Notes: generated from the sequence alone by a model not told the origin. Positions 1 to 12,506 are shown, counted from the whole stretch's first letter. The stretch: 63,455 nt of DNA, filler included, from Nemertoderma westbladi (GCA_032718475.1; 3 parts of 3 records of this genome joined end to end with filler, not necessarily neighbours in it); one strand, 5' to 3'. Translations and numbers: made by a program.

Positions 1-571
1 CCAAATGGGTTAAACAAGTAATACAGTGTAATGTTTGACAGTGACAGCGTTTATGCTGTATTATACTGTATTACCCAGAATAATGCCAAGTAGGCGTTTG
101 TGTTGCAAACAACAATTTTTATTGTTTAATTTGTTTTTTTGTACGTTAATTTTTTTTATTGTTAATTATACTTATTACAGTAACTGTACTGCAATATTAG
201 CAAAAGAAGTAGTCGTATTGCAAACAAGAATTGCAATTTGATTATTTGTTGTTTTCAAATATGCCTTTGTTTTTTTGGAAACAACAATTTGTTTTTTGTT
301 GTACTTTGTTTTGTAAACAGTTATTGAAAATTGTTGTTAATTTTTTTATTGTTAATTATACTTGTAAACTGTAACTGCAATTTTATTATACGCCATTGTA
401 GTAAAATAACATTACACAGCATTACATGCATGCCAAGTGCACTTGACAGTATTATGAGTTTGACCCTCGTTTGCCTCGTTTATTACACTGATTTGCTTCG
501 CAAAATAAAACAAAGTAAACTAACTATATCACAAAGTTTTTCAGACAGACCCTCCGTTAAAAATGCCAGAT

Positions 572-805
572 GGGGGGAAACTGGACGCAATAAAAAATTC
601 ATCCCTCTCCAGGGTAAACTCGACGCAAATAACAAACAGCTGATTATTCTCAAAAATAAAACTGTAACCTGTTCTGTTGTGTTTAGTTTATTGTTTTGGT
701 TGAAATAACGTGCCACTGAAACCTGCTCCTTTCCCTAAATTGAGAATTTAACATTGAGGCGGGATATTAATTCGCCAAGATGGGATTTGCGTCCAGTTTT
801 CCCCC
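572..805. mobile_element. Short MITE with ~18-bp terminal inverted repeats
   Basis: GGGGGGAAACTGGACGCAA at 572 and TTGCGTCCAGTTTTCCCCC ending at 805; GAT on both flanks (possible 3-bp TSD). Confidence 0.6.
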
Positions 806-1197
806 GATTAGTACATATCAGTCCAGTTTATGTTCTTATTTAATTGAATTAATTACTTATGTTCACTCTTTGATTTCTTGATTAATTAGTGTTAGATTAG
901 ACTATATTTGCTTATTCTGATGGTCTATATTTGCTGAAATTGAGAATAAATTATAAATAAATAAATGCATTGTGTCTGCTTTGTTTTATTTCAATATTCA
1001 TATTGTTTTAGTGTGAAACGTAATTTGTATAGTAATAAATGTTAAATAATAATTGATATATTACTTTTTTATTCGAAAATGAAAATTTAGGAAATTCCGT
1101 AGGTAGATCAGGGTGTATAGATATATAAGACCAGTGAGATTATTAGCCCGCTGATATTCCGTCCGTCCATATAGAGAACGCAGCATATGGAGATAGG

Positions 1198-1390
1198 AAG
1201 GCGTTCATAAAGTATGTCACGCAAATTTTCCAGATTTTTGACACCCCCCCCCCCCCTGTCACAAAGTGTCACGCAAGCTCGACCCCCCTCCCCCTCTTTG
1301 ACAATTGTAAATTTGTAAGCCTAATACCCCCCCCCCCCCCCCCCCCCCCCCCCCTCTTCCTCAATCACAAAATGTCACATTTATATTTTT
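1198..1390 (+). mobile_element. One end of a PIF/Harbinger-like non-autonomous DNA transposon
   Basis: AGGCGTTCATAAAGTATGTCACGC followed by poly-C tracts and repeated TGTCAC motifs, resembling Harbinger-type MITE termini; partner end not found. Confidence 0.35.
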
Positions 1391-1479
1391 AAATTAAATG
1401 GTTGAGGCATACTAATCTTTCTAAGAGTGCCTCTTTAAAACTTCGTATACCCTCTAAAACTAAGTAGTTGTAAATATAA

Positions 1480-1980
1480 ATACATTCAAAGCACATGCTA
1501 GAAACTTTCTAAGCTTTCAAAGTATATGCATTAAACTTGCTATACTTAGTAGAACTACCTAGTTGCACCTACAGATATGTTAAGTACTTACAACATACTT
1601 GGTCCACACCATTGCTAAAACTTAAAAGGCTAGCTTTGCAAATATCGCAAGTTATTTAAATAGGGTCCAACAAGTTTTGGGAAGTATGGCAGAAGCACTA
1701 TTTGCCCTCTATTTCAGCCAGGACCACCTGGTATCTTACTACCCGGTGTCTGAAGCGAGGTGATCACGTATTATTGGCAGAGACCAACTTGAAGAGACGG
1801 TTTTGGTTGACTAGAGTTATTTTGACCACACACCCGACATCAGTTGGTGTAATACGGACTGTGACTGAATAGACAATTGTCGGACGTACTGTAGACAGAC
1901 CCGTACAACGTCTCGTACTTCCTGAGGAGACTAGAAACGAGACGGGAGATTACAAATCTCCACGTAAACTTCGTAAGTAG
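1480..1980 (+). pseudogene. BEL pol C-terminus (integrase/DUF5641-type domain), degenerate
   Basis: FW..W...YL, LKRGD.VL and RPV.RLV motifs; contains an internal stop; terminal stop at 1978-1980. Confidence 0.8.
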
Positions 1981-2703
1981 TGACTGGGACCCTTGATGGT
2001 CGCCACATAGTCCTACCATATTCCTGTACACTGTAGGTTAAAGACAGCGGTGGAAATCCATTGTCTTTATATGTGAACATTGAGGGTAGTACACTTATGT
2101 ATCACATAGGAGCGGGTTTGTGCGTACAGAAGGAATGTAATTCCACTTGGAACCCACAAGTGAGACAATTTTTCAAAAATTTTTAGATAATCCATTTTGG
2201 ATTTCGAATTTTTTAAGAAAAACGATTCTCCAGTGGTCGGATTCTAGGATATGGTCGGATGAGACCAACATTAGGGGGGGGGGGGGGGGGGGGGGCAAGA
2301 GTGGAGGGAAGGCTTGCGAGCCTTCCGATATGTTTTTGAAAAATAAAAATCGGCCTTCTTCTGAAAGTCGCGTATATTATTTTATATTTTACTCTGACTA
2401 ATTCTCGACTGCTTTATTTTTTTGGGAAGTGGTTTGGGATTAAAAAGTGGAGTACTTAGACTCACGGCTAGTTTGCCCAAAATCGTTTTTTTATCGGCAC
2501 ATTTTTTTTGGATTAGGAGCCAGTGGGAAATCATGCGGAACCCTAACTCTTAGGCAAATGGGTAGGGGGTTTGGAGCAAAGTTTAGCCAAAAGCCGACAC
2601 AACTCTAAGTCTCCTCACATCTAACCTCTGTTTGTACTTCCTCTAGTAGAACGTAACGGTATAGATATACGTAACGATACGTAATCGAGATATATAATGT
2701 ATA

Positions 2704-5700
2704 ATGGCAGAGAGGATCCATAAGGAGCAGAGACAGGGATTCACGCAAGAACAGGAGCACCAGGCACCGTTCAACCGTTATGGAGCCAAGAACTTTTGCG
2801 TGTTCAGAGTTGAGAGTAAGGCAAGGAGTACGGCCAAGCTCGCAAAGCCAAAGTCGGATCCAAACGTCACGTGACAGCGATAAAACGCTTACAACAAGAG
2901 AACGGAGGAGTTACGAACGGAGTTTAATGCATTATACCCCTACGATACGAGGAATTGTGTGATGCCAGCAACATCTTTGAGGACCCTGACACAGAGATAC
3001 GTCGATTATACCACATGCTGCAATATCAGATGGCAAGCGAGCCCATATGCCTGCAGCTAGGGACGAATTCGACGGGATGCACCTGTATAGATGCGCTCGA
3101 GGACCAGATCCGGAGACTAAGGAAGCGTTCTCCATTTATAACCTCTTCTATAAATGTGGAAGATGTATGCGTGCGCAAGACAACACGATCCCTATGCGCT
3201 TGAACCTGGAGAACCCCGAGCCGATATTAGCGCGATGCCCAAAACACCAGAATCTGTGTTATCAGGAAGACGGATACCCATTGACGAATCTGTATCACTC
3301 ATTCAAAATGAGGGGACCGAAATGTGGGCGAGATTGTGATTTATGAACCCAAACTAGTCAAACCGGACGTCTACAGTATGATAATAGACGACTCCAACAA
3401 GTCAACACAGGAGAAGCGGGAAGCTATATAGGGTGTACAAGGCGTATGAGAAAGGCAAGATCGAGGAGTTCGGCAGAAGGCTCGCCGATCAATCAAACTG
3501 AACCCAAGGAGATGACACCCGAACTCTTCGATAGCATTACCTTCGCTCAATGTTTGTCGCAGAGACTACATATACCTCACTTTGAGATGACGTGAGAACC
3601 CCAACCCCACTCTACTCAAGCGGTAGTGCTGGTCGTGTGGACAACCAACTTTCCTATCAGCATACCGATTAGAGAGGACACGACCTACGAGATTCGTATA
3701 GTGGAGCATCCGGAGATGATATTGAACCTGGATTTCCTCCTATCAGTAACGTTTGGCGATGTGTTAGAGGCTGCGGAGTTGCGTAGAATAATAGTTCAGA
3801 AAATCTTACGCAATGTGCCTCTACATATTACCGACTTTAAGGAAGTTGATCGCGCGGGGACAGATATCGCACCATGCATCCTGCGAGGATATCTTACGCG
3901 GACGATTCGATTATGGATCGGAGTCGGCACGTTTGAGACCGACACCGACATCGCAATCAGTTGGACGGGGAAACCTATTAGCTCTATGATGAGAAATCCA
4001 TCCGAAGGATAAGGAACCCTACGGACGAATTACTCGACGAATATCTGCTAGAGATATCTGCTCAATCTCTGCTAGAGAACGGAAACATGTTCTACGACAA
4101 TGAAGGAGGGAGCCATCAGCAGAGCCTCACTTCGAAAACCATCCAAATTCGAGCACCAGATGGAGTGCCGACAGCGGAGCGACCATAAGATGCCGATGCC
4201 GGAGGGGATGACACAATGACACGCCATGATTAAGCGGATAGTAAAATCCATGGACCTAGCTTGTAACATAGAGGCTAGGATGTTACCCAAGGTGGTGCAC
4301 GACGTCATACTCGACACGAGTATCATCAAGATCGGATCCAGTATACTGGAAGATCTCATAAGCGACTTCTCAGGGATGCCCTACACCTTACATGGACACT
4401 AGACCATTGTTGCTCTGGGATATAGAGCAAGGGTATTTCCGGGAGTATAACACGCTCAAAACTGGAACCGGCTATATCTCATACCTAATGTTCAGTTGGG
4501 ATTATAAGGAGAGTAAGAGGCGCAAATATATGGACGTATATGGAGGAGATACCGCTAACGTCAATGAGTCTGAATCACAGTTGAAATGGAGAGGGTGTGT
4601 ATACTGGGCGATTACCTCACCTCCGCGGATGTTCCTACAATATTGTTTGGCGATAGAGTCATCGGTCAACGTATGTTTCATTGCCGATATAGTGTCTAGG
4701 ACTCTAAAGTGACATGTCTCGGAGAGGGACATACAGTTTACGAGGAAGGGAGGATGTATACGGAAGTATTTCGCCGATTCCTTCAACCATTCTATAACAC
4801 CGACGCCCACTGTGATGTTTTCACGCACGTGGGATTCAGCATTTTTCACGACGTATATCTCACCCACGTGGGAAGCCTCGTCGACAGACCATTGATGTTA
4901 ACGTTAGTACCCTATGATGGGGAATGCCAAGTGGAGATTAAGGACCTAGAAGGATCATGGAAGGCGCGCGCGCCTACTGTTCATCATCCTGATGAAGAAG
5001 ATCCGACTGAGTCCACGATAATCGATGAGCCATTGCTCAATAGAGGAGAATCTTCTGAGGAAGACGCGAACCGAGATCCTCGAGGTCGAGAAGAGCGACG
5101 CCATGGTTTGCGTACTGCCCACGGAGACGAATGTACCGACTGATCCCGATGATGTCATGTGGACGGTAGCGCTCGCCCTATAGGAGACCTCATCTACGAA
5201 TGCATTTGGCTGAACCAACACCATTTGTGGCAGAATTGGGGCTACAGGGCATCACGCCAAGAAATGTGGAGTAAAGCACCACATCTCTCTACCAGATTTA
5301 ATGTGCAACTGGTGTGGGGATCAGCTGTCCAGCACATTCTATACCTGTTGGTGCTTTGTGGCTCAATGCACCTACTCTAACATCAAAGCACACAGAGCGT
5401 CGGAATGACAACTCCGAGACGAGAGAGTTCGACAAGTTGCGAGTCGAACAGCGAAATCGTGGAGCCTGGCATTTTATCGCTTGGGCATACCGAAGCGCAT
5501 TGTCATACAAGCACATGACCTCATGTATACTAGACGAGGCGGACGTTTTATGTGAAATTGGTTTTAGGAAAGGAAAGAATACGCCACCCCCCGGAGGATG
5601 CACAATACCACATACATAAAGCCCAAAAGGCCAGCCAAAAATATCAAGGATATGGTAAATATCGCTGAGAGGACGACTTCTAAATCGCAGATCCAGATGA

Positions 5701-6030
5701 CCCGAGGCACCGTTTCCCTACCTAGAGAACTGCACGGAGGGACAGGATTCGCTTTGCCCAAACCCATGAGGGTGCAGACGACGTCTGAGACTCTCAAACT
5801 CCCTCCAAGCATTGCAGATGCTGCATCTGATACGACTAAGCGAAAGATTGGGATCAGACGAGGATTTCGTGGATTGAGTGCCCGACGGATGTACGAGACT
5901 CCAGTCGTTCCATTTCCCAGCGTTCTATAACCGCAGACAGCTCAACGCAGGAGCCCGAGCCCAGTTCGACCTCAGTCACCACTCAACCGTATTAAAGGAC
6001 TAGGTCGAGCTCGCTCGTCAAAACGTTAAG
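2704..6030 (+). pseudogene. Decayed orphan coding region (~1,100 codons) downstream of pol in element A
   Basis: Chain of same-strand ORF pieces (2955, 3047, 3626, 4392, 4709, 5159, 5314, 5598). 3047 and 3626 are in the same frame, separated by two stops. GC is higher than the flanks. Confidence 0.6.
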
Positions 6031-6137
6031 GAGCGAGATTTGTGGAGAAAGGAAGGCTTGCGTGCTTACTGTTAGCATTAGCGCTCAGAGATGTGGACTA
6101 GAGACCATCAGGACGAACATTAAGATCACCGGGAGGA

Positions 6138-7267
6138 CATTTTAGGAATTATTTTAGATTATTGTGTTTTGTTTATATTTGGACTGATAATTGTTGTTAC
6201 CATGGGAATGCTGCTAAATGAAAACTGACGTGTTTTTGAAAAATAGCTACCATTCAAGAACAATACCTGTTTCTGCACGTGTGAACTTAGCCTTTTAGAT
6301 TACTTATTTTACTGATTTTAATCTCAAAACACCATTTTATATTGATAAAGTCGGTTACGATATAATATTGGCTATTTCTGTTGGATAATTCTTTGTTAAG
6401 GGTTTTGACGCCATCTAGTGCCATTATCTGCATATCCAGCTCGTATAATTGCCTTATTGGCTATGCTCCTTACTGATAAGCTGATATATAAGTACGATTA
6501 TTTCTGCGGTTTATTCACTCTTTTTGTTATTGTTGGACAGAAGAAGTCGCATTGCCCATGCAGAGGCATTGATCCCCGGTCAGGTTTAATTGACCGGTGG
6601 TTATTACAGGCCTAAGAATTTAACTAGAGTTAATAACTCAGTCAACTAAGAGTTAATAATTGAATTATAATTATTTATTGTTATATTGGATATTCTACTG
6701 TTAAATTCAATTTGTCATTCTTATTTGCTTAATATATCGCCGATATTACAGAATCAAGGAAGTTTTACACGCGCCACAACAGGTGGGTTGCTGTAATTAA
6801 GTATCAGTGATAATCTGGACAATTGTATCAGATTTGTGTGTTGTCATATCTCTGACTTACTAAATAATTAATATATGGCGATATTTCAGACCATTATTGT
6901 AAGCAAAGCTCTTATTATTAACTATATCACGATTGAGAGTTGTCACAAATTGAATACTGTAGTGATATCAATATAATTAGACCAAAGACTTGTCACAATA
7001 CGTTTCCCCTAAAGGGAAACACAATCACCAGACTTGAGTCCTTACATAATTAATTAGTCAGACATTTGCTTGTTATACTGTGTTGTCACACCCTCCCGGT
7101 ATAGTATCTCAGTCAAATACAATAGATAATCAAATACCGTATTAGACTAAACTAAATATAGAGCAAATCAATACATCGAAGGGAGAAAGGGTAAATAAAC
7201 AGATACAGGAGCGGCTCTCGGTGACAGGTACACTAGCGCAACTCCGTTCATTGTATCAGACCAGACA
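6138..7267 (+). repeat. Putative 3' LTR of element A
   Basis: Begins directly after the PPT-like tract, with CA where TG is expected; candidate ACA end at 7265-7267. No second copy to confirm boundaries. Confidence 0.35.
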
Positions 7268-7369
7268 TTTTGCCTTCATTTTTGCATGGTTTATTAAGTA
7301 ACAGAAAGAAGTCACAATATATGAAAATTGAGAGTGAAAGAACATATTTTATCAAATGCGCTAACAATA

Positions 7370-7866
7370 CCATTATTTTAAAAATAAATTACCACCTTTT
7401 ATTGAATATTAGTTTTGGAAAATTTTGGTATACTGAGAGCTAAACCTGTTTTGTTATAACGGTGATATATGGTTCCAAAGATATACCCATGTTTGAAATA
7501 TTTTTATTTTTCATCATTTTAATCTCATTCCACTCTGTTTCAAAATAATGACTTTAACAAATATTTATATCAATTAAAAACCACTCAAGATGTGACTACA
7601 AAGCACTTTAAAATGACAAGTGACATCTAAATTGCATTTCAGATAATACTCCTTCACAGGTTACCATGACTAGCACTACAGATGCAATTGAAGATACCTC
7701 CGATATGACACAAACAAATGACTTGACACCTACCACAAAAGAGAGGTTGGTTCTTTTAGTATATTCACTTCAATTTATATATTTATCATAATTTTTACTA
7801 GATGATTTCTGCAAAGATGATTCCATCGATAATAACATTTTTGAATACTAAATCCTCTTTATTAAT
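7370..7866 (+). repeat. Left arm of a ~500-bp inverted repeat (partner 10313-10812), containing a Ser/Thr-rich exon-like segment at 7643-7745
   Basis: Matches the reverse complement of 10313-10812; TTTCAG|ATAATACT...AAAGAGAG|GTTGG encodes NTPSQVTMTSTTDAIEDTSDMTQTNDLTPTTKE. Confidence 0.85.
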
Positions 7867-7902
7867 AATAAATACATAATTATGTATGTACGTATTCTTA
7901 AT

Positions 7903-8232
7903 GAACATCCATAGTAAATTTACATAGTAAACTGCACAAGTTGTTTATTAAATAGCCTAAATAATTAATCTATATTATATTACCTATCTAAAGTCACAAA
8001 CGAAGTAAATACGAGATCGGTTAATACCGATCGGGTAGATCGGAGCCCCGCAACCCCGCACCGTCCCCAAAGCCCAGTGCCCGCCATGGGCGCCGCCCAC
8101 CACGCAGGCAGAGGGAGTTGGAGCGGGTCAGCGCGAGCCACGAGGGTCTCAGCGAGGTGGCGGATTAGGATTTCGGCCTCCTTACACCACACCCCGTCGG
8201 TATTCTTGTATTCTATTTTTCTGGTATTCTAT
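7903..8232 (+). mobile_element. Short retroposed (SINE-like) insertion with a GC-rich core
   Basis: Flanked by the 16-bp direct repeat TGTACGTATTCTTAAT (7887-7902, 8233-8248); GTATTCT-repeat tail; GC-rich 8030-8200. Confidence 0.5.
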
Positions 8233-8409
8233 TGTACGTATTCTTAATTGGAATGCGATGATGTCATCCGAGCAAATAGAGTATTCTTAGTCGAGTAGGT
8301 AATGTATGTGATACAATTATTGCTATTTATTGGAAATCATCTTCATCATCTGAGGTCTGAGTCTGAGGACCTGACTTATGCATAATACTTATTGCTTTAC
8401 ATGAATGTC

Positions 8410-9050
8410 AGAAGTTAATGACGTGAACGAGCTTCGGTATCGTCTTTTCTGTTCAAAACATGGAGAAATCGAGTCAACCTTGCTGCCACGTTGTAAATAT
8501 TGTTTAAAGAGAGACACCTATCCCGAGCCAATTACCAATCGTATATACGCTTAGTACCCATCATCAATGTATCTTCTCCCATATGTCTGGGATGGCTGTT
8601 AGATGAGGATGATATGGTAATACCTGATTGGATGTATGTTCTACCAGCTCCATAATCTACAGTATCCCCTCTCTCTCTCTCTCTCTATCTCTGCTGTATT
8701 GCAATTGTAAACCACCAACATGTATCTGCCGGTTGAGTACAAAACAAAGACCCAAGACTTTACTGCCTGTTCTGTACCCTACAAAACAAAGAGGTGAAGT
8801 CGCGTTAGGTCCATAAGAGCGATAAGTCCCATTGCTATTTAAAGGAGCAGGTTAGTAAAAGAGCACTTACTGAGGCGTGTTGGGGGAACCAAAACAATAA
8901 ATGAAAGTTAACACATGTTAGATGATTATGCAGGTCTTTATAATTGGGTGTTGAGTCTTTGTTTTGTACTCACTCTGTATCTGCCTACAAAACAAACATC
9001 AACATCATTGCATTGAGTTGTGCAAATTCAAGTCATGTACCAACAGGAAG
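8410..9050 (+). pseudogene. C-terminal fragment of an Academ-like DNA transposon protein (Cys-rich tail)
   Basis: VNELRYRLFCSKHGEIESTLLPRC...RANYQ...GW...DWM...PAP...CKPPTCIC, then after removing the MITE LQNK...CIELCK...CTN. Family assignment is from recalled motif pattern. Confidence 0.5.
8731..8975. mobile_element. Mutator-like MITE with 10-bp TSD
   Basis: TIR TGAGTACAAAACAAAGAC / GTCTTTGTTTTGTACTCA; TGTATCTGCC duplicated at 8721-8730 and 8976-8985. Confidence 0.85.
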
Positions 9051-9443
9051 GAGGCGAAATTTGAATGAACTGAAGCTCTTGACTTGATTTTTGACTAACA
9101 TATTTGCACTACTTGTTTTATTCTCACCCCAGGTGACACTTTAAAAATTACCAAAAAAATTTCACGAATGTAATATTGCAGTTCTATAATCGCTTTCAGC
9201 ATCCAAAAAAACCGCTATATATCGCAAATAAATTAATTTTAGCGAATTATGAAAACTATTGAAAATCTTAGTACGAAAGTACTGGAGATGGGTGCCAGAA
9301 AGGGAGCACAGCACGAAAATTAACATGGCCATGTAAATGGCGTTTGCTCTGTTGGATAACCCATTAAATTTTAGGAAAAGTTACGAAATCTCGGTTTTCC
9401 AAACAAACCTTACTCAAAGATACAGATTAATTACAAAGTTATA

Positions 9444-10301
9444 CCGGGCGCGTATTCCCAATCCTTACACTACTAGGAACACCTCTTGCATTAACACCTG
9501 GGATTGGTTAATGAGTTATTATTAGATTGGACGTTGATATCATGTAAGGAATGGAAATAGGGGTCGAACTAGTGTAAGGTTTTTATAAAGTGCTCCAAAC
9601 GCTCCAAATAAAATAAACTCTTAAAACCTCTAGATATCTAGATGGCGCGCTAGTGCAGTTCGATGCACACGAATAGCAGACGGACTATTCATACGCAATT
9701 ACTACTGTACAGTACAGTACTATAATAGGCCTGCTGCATTGAAACTGCACATTGAGATGCTATGCCAGTTTGGTAAAAGTATTTGCCACAACCATGCAAT
9801 CCACAATTGGCAAGCCAAATGCCGCGTACATTAAGAATTCTATGCCGGCTTATCAACAAAGTTGCACCGCCCCAATTCCTATCCCCCATGACTTTCGCGA
9901 GATTAGCTGCATCTTCAAGGCCAGTGTCCTTTAGGAGGCGTCTTAAGAAAGTCATGGGCTGTCCTTCATGCTTATTTATTTTCTCTATGGGGCTACCAAA
10001 GCACAATATTGTGCGCAGTGTGGTCCTTATGTGTGGGGGCAGCTCATGCAGCCCTGTATAAACCATAACCCAATGTTCTACTGCCTAGAATAATATCAAA
10101 TGTTAAGTCTACTCATCTAATACTGTTGGTGTAATAACCTTTACATGATTTCACCCAATTTCTCCATTCCTTACAGCGTTTGGAACACTTTCTACTGTAC
10201 CTGCAAACTGAGTATAAAACTCTTACACTAGTTCGACCCCTATCTCCATTCCTTACATGATTTTTTACTACTAGTGTAAGGTTTGGGAATACGCCTCCGG
10301 G
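9444..10301. mobile_element. Non-autonomous TIR element with terminal and subterminal inverted repeats
   Basis: CCGGGCGCGTATTCCCAATCCTTACACTA vs TAGTGTAAGGTTTGGGAATACGCCTCCGGG; second inverted pair at ~9540-9580 / ~10222-10260. Confidence 0.7.
9860..10066 (-). pseudogene. RTE-clade LINE C-terminal fragment
   Basis: TFLRRLLKDTGLEDAANLAKVMGDRNW parallels the RTE C-terminus at ~35450 (IYIDQLERDTELGRNEIATTMENRETW). Confidence 0.6.
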
Positions 10302-10312
10302 CCCCGAGTAGG

Positions 10313-10812
10313 ATTAAATAAAGAGGATTTGGTATTCAAAAATGTCATTATCGAAGGAATCATCTTTGCAGAAATCATCTAGGAACAATTATGATAAATA
10401 TATAAATTGAATTGAATATACTAAATTTTCTAACCTCTCTTTTGTGGTAGGTGTCAACTCCCTGTCAAGTCATTTGTTTGTGTCATATTTGAGTCATCTT
10501 CAATTGCATCTGTTGTGGTAGTCATGGTAACCTGTGATGGAGTGTTGTCTGAAATGCCATTTAGATGTCACTTGTCATTTTAAAGTGATTTGTGTCACAT
10601 CTTGATTGTTTTTTATCGGCATAAATATTTGTTATAAATTAATGAAAAATTGATGAAAAATAAAAATATTTCAAACATGGGTATATCTTTGGAACCATAT
10701 ACAGTATCACCGTTATAACAAAACAGGTTTAGCTCTCAGTATACCAAAATTTTCCAAAACTAATACAGTATTCAATAAAATGTGGCATATTGTCAATTAA
10801 AATAATCGTATT
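10313..10812 (-). repeat. Right arm of the inverted repeat (partner 7370-7866)
   Basis: Reverse-complement match with small indels, including two CAGTA insertions. Confidence 0.85.
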
Positions 10813-11070
10813 GTTCTATAATGGTATTTTTCAATAGATGCGATGAATTTATATTGAGTTATTAGAATACTACAGCATGTTTGTTGTTTTACAATTTCCA
10901 TGACAACCGGTGATAACACCAAGTCAGCTACCGATTCAGATTTGTTATCATATCAAAATTAATGGCCAGAAGCTAGGTCTTCCCAAAAATATAAGTTCCG
11001 GGTGGTTACCAAAAAGTATCCCCTATGGTCGCTGGCCCATGGACTAACTGCGATATTAAGTGAAACTGAA

Positions 11071-11347
11071 GAATGAATCCCAGACTGTAATGTTCAATAG
11101 TCTACCGCTAGGGGGCGATAATGTTCTAGAACGTAAATTGCTTGTCATTTTCTTAATTCCTGTCTGTTTGTTTTGAAATTTTGTAGACACCTTCTACAAT
11201 ATAAAATTATACAGGAGAATGAATCCTAGACTGTAATATTCAAATGTCTGCCGCTAGGGGCGATAATGTTCTAGAATGTAAATTGCTTGTCATTTTCTTA
11301 ATTCCTGTCCGTTTGTCTTGAAATTTTCTACACACTTTCTACAATAT
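11071..11347 (+). repeat. Tandem duplication, ~140-145 bp x2
   Basis: GAATGAATCC...CCGCTAGGGG...TTCTACAATAT repeated at ~11071 and ~11217. Confidence 0.85.
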
Positions 11348-11684
11348 GGGTGGGACAAGGTGGACAAACATCTACAACACTCCCAATAATGAATTCAAAA
11401 TACTAATAAATTCAAATTTTGTTAAAACAAAAATTTTTTGAAAAAAGTTATATTTAACAATAACATTGACTACTGTATATAGTAAGAATTGCTATGATAT
11501 TATTAATATTTTTTAAAATTATTTTGAAAAGAGCTACCCGATTCACCTTCACATAAATCTCTATAACTTTTTTTGGAAATAGATATTGAGACACCGTTTT
11601 TTTTTGTTAAAATCTCTGGAAAATTCTGCATTTCATAGGCCTAATAACTCAAAATCGACCTCCGGTGACATAAGGTCCCTTTTC

Positions 11685-11945
11685 TCGTGGCCAGCCACGT
11701 ATGTAGAGAAAACCGAGTTTGTGTGTGTGATGACGTTACTGTCCAGACAGAAGCACATGTATTACTTAATTGCACTTTAACGGGAGAACTTCGAAACAAC
11801 AGCAGCTTAAATTTTTACTCTTTGTCTACGCAAATTGGCATGGAAGAATACTATAAACTTTGTAAATGTCTACGCTAATGGGCACGGAAGAATACTATAA
11901 ACTTTGTAAATACATAACCGAGGTACTGGAAATATATAAGTAAGT
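11685..11945 (+). pseudogene. 3' end of a CR1-group (L2/Crack/Daphne-like) LINE
   Basis: RVCVCDDVTVQTEAHVLLNC, a C-terminal Cys/His motif of non-LTR ORF2; related fragment at 40969-41244. Confidence 0.55.
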
Positions 11946-12506
11946 ACAATAGATACAACAATTGAAGAATGGTATTAGTATATTTATATTGAATTGTGAT
12001 TATCTATTTTTGGACGTTACTCCGTATAAAGTTAAAATTTATGTTATTATTGAAAATTATTGTGACTTTTATTGTGATGTTGGTGAATTATATATTTTGT
12101 TTATTTTGTATATTTTTGCGTTTTAATTAGTACGTCAATAAACATATATATATATATAGAATTTGTATGGTTATTGTAGGTAATAATAATTGTTTTTATA
12201 TATATTATATTTACAAATATACAATGAACTGTATTTATTCAAGGTTATTTTAAATATTGCTATAGTGCAATGGTGGTGCAAAGAATTAGGGGATCCAAAC
12301 TCAGGGAAAAGAAGCTGTTTTTGTTTGAATAAAAAAACAAAAGGTTTACTATGCTTGAGACAAGAGGTTGTTATTTATAGCAAGATATTAGCACTATTAC
12401 TATCATAAAATATATAGATCACACATAATTAAGCCAGTGCTATAAACTAAATAATTATGAGAATAAATATGTTTGAATAATATTTGTAGGGTTTGGTAAA
12501 GCAATA

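Larger units (their letters stand above)
1480..7267 (+). mobile_element. BEL/Pao LTR retrotransposon 'A', 3' portion (integrase end, extra coding region, PPT, putative 3' LTR)
   Basis: Manual translation from 1676 gives FWEVWQKHYLPSISARTTWY...LKRGDHVLLAETNLKRRFW...THPTSVGVIRTV...RPVQRLV, the BEL integrase C-terminal (DUF5641-type) domain. PPT-like GGGAGGA at 6131-6137 is followed by a shift to AT-rich LTR-like sequence. Confidence 0.7.

Noticed and set aside
8045-8120. Twister ribozyme-like words (GTCCCCAAAGCCC...GAGGG)
   Set aside because: The UAA cleavage loop and the P1/P2/P4 pairings could not be formed.
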